Source: Octopus sinensis | Taxonomy: Eukaryota | DNA length: 8,830 nucleotides | NCBI RefSeq assembly: GCF_006345805.1 | Contig: NW_021828216.1 | Span: 1-8,830, forward strand | Reading direction: 5' to 3' | In this document: positions 7,471 to 8,830 of the stretch, piece after piece | Position numbering within the stretch: position 1 is the first letter of the stretch | Layout of the letters: the number at the start of each line of letters is the position of its first letter | The notes under the pieces: generated by a model | Database searches by the model: none | The model's input: the letters and a program-made list of their open reading frames with translations, nothing else | What the model was told of the DNA's origin: nothing | Translations under genes and position numbers: made by a program

Positions 7471-7687
7471 ACTCTTTTACTCTTTTACTTGTTTCAGTCA
7501 TTTGACTGCGGCCATGCTGGAGCATCGCCTTTTAGTCGAGCAACTCGACCCCGGGACTTATTCTTTGTAAGCCCAGTACTTATTCTATCGGTCTCTTTTT
7601 GCTGAACCGCTAGGTGACGGGGACATAAACACACCAGCATCGGTTGTCAAGCAATGCTAGGGGGACAAACATAGACACACAAACACG

Positions 7688-7740
<53 letters not shown>

Positions 7741-7865
7741 CACAAGGCATTGGTCGGCCCGGGGCTATAGCAGAAGACACTTGCCCAAGGTGCCACGCAG
7801 TGGGACTGAACCCAGAACCACGTGGTTGGTAAGCAAGCTACTTACCACACAGCCACTCCTGCGCC
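7471..7865 (-). mobile_element. Near full-length SINE family B with internal (CA)n
   Basis: Head GGCGCAGGAGTGGCTGTGTGGTAAG, B-box GGGTTCAGTCCC (7802-7813), internal (CA)n at about 7690-7738, tail CCAGCATGGCCGCAGTCAAATGACTGAAACAA(GTAAAAGA)2; (TA)n on both flanks. Confidence 0.9.
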
Positions 7866-7870
7866 TATAT

Positions 7871-7901
<31 letters not shown>
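7866..7901. repeat. (TA)n microsatellite
   Basis: Direct reading of the sequence. Confidence 0.9.
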
Positions 7902-7906
<5 letters not shown>

Positions 7907-8436
7907 ATGTTGATGAGGAATTGACTGAGAAAGCAAGTGTTTGTCTCTCGTCCTTTCAGCATTGTCCATTGTGCAATCTCATAGCCAGCAGGCAGAAGAA
8001 ACCTATTTTCTCTTTCCGACCAAAGGAAGGCAGCCAAGCGATCTTGTTAGCGAATTTGTTAGCAGCCAGCCATGAGATACGAACTCACATCCCTGTGATT
8101 ACCGGTCATGGTGTTTACCTTAAAGGTATCATGATACAGTATGGACGGATTTTCGAAGTCCAATAATATCCTGCACACCTATTTGATTATAAAGATTTAC
8201 AAACATACTTTCTCAGTGAAACTCAATATACCTACCATTATAGATAATACCAAATGTTCCTTTTCGGACTTTTCATAATGTGATACAGGTCTTTGGTATA
8301 GCAATTGCATGCGGCTGAAGAGAGCTTTAAACCATCTGTTATGTCGATTATACATTGATGTAAGAATAAGTTGTTTTATAAAGCTTGAAACACGTGTACC
8401 GCGACATCCTTTGTGTTCTGTTTTTTTTTTCATTTG

Positions 8437-8457
8437 ATACATATATATCTGTATCTA

Positions 8458-8509
<52 letters not shown>

Positions 8510-8514
8510 GATCG

Positions 8515-8608
<94 letters not shown>

Positions 8609-8830
8609 TTTTGTATATATATGTATATATATATGTATATATTTGTACATATACATATACACATTTATACATATATATATATTTATAAATATATGTGTAT
8701 ATATACATATATAAATATACATACATACATGCATACATACATACATACATACATACATACACACGCACACACACACACACATATTATACATATTATACAC
8801 AAATATATATCTATATATCGATATCTATAT
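8437..8830. repeat. Compound microsatellite: (TATC)n, then TA/TACA/CA repeats
   Basis: (TATC)n at about 8448-8608 with two TCGA variants, (TACA)n at about 8717-8760, (CA)n at about 8760-8780. Confidence 0.97.

Noticed and set aside
8385-8800. ORFs with IYLS repeats
   Set aside because: They are translations of (TATC)n and related repeats.

Overview
AT-rich, microsatellite-dense eukaryotic genomic DNA made mostly of interspersed repeats. The SINE types and microsatellite load look like a cephalopod (octopus-like) genome; that is inference from remembered repeat families, not a search result. No intact protein-coding gene is supported, and most ORFs in the track are microsatellite or retroelement read-throughs. 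The window holds a tandem trimer of a tRNA-derived SINE (1058-1661), an 11-unit 24-bp periodic array (1846-2108), and a second SINE family split by a 5'-truncated RTE LINE (2271-3490). That LINE itself carries a 207-bp local copy of 1678-1884 between 18-bp direct repeats. Also present are a well-signalled minus-strand spliceosomal exon candidate (4000-4132), a MITE with internal TTAGGG repeats (4990-5408), and a CR1-like LINE 3' end (6258-6572) whose terminal stem-loop is shared, with compensatory changes, by two SINE copies in the window. I see no evidence for a wholly new biological system; the most interesting items are retroelement interactions and the 24-bp array.
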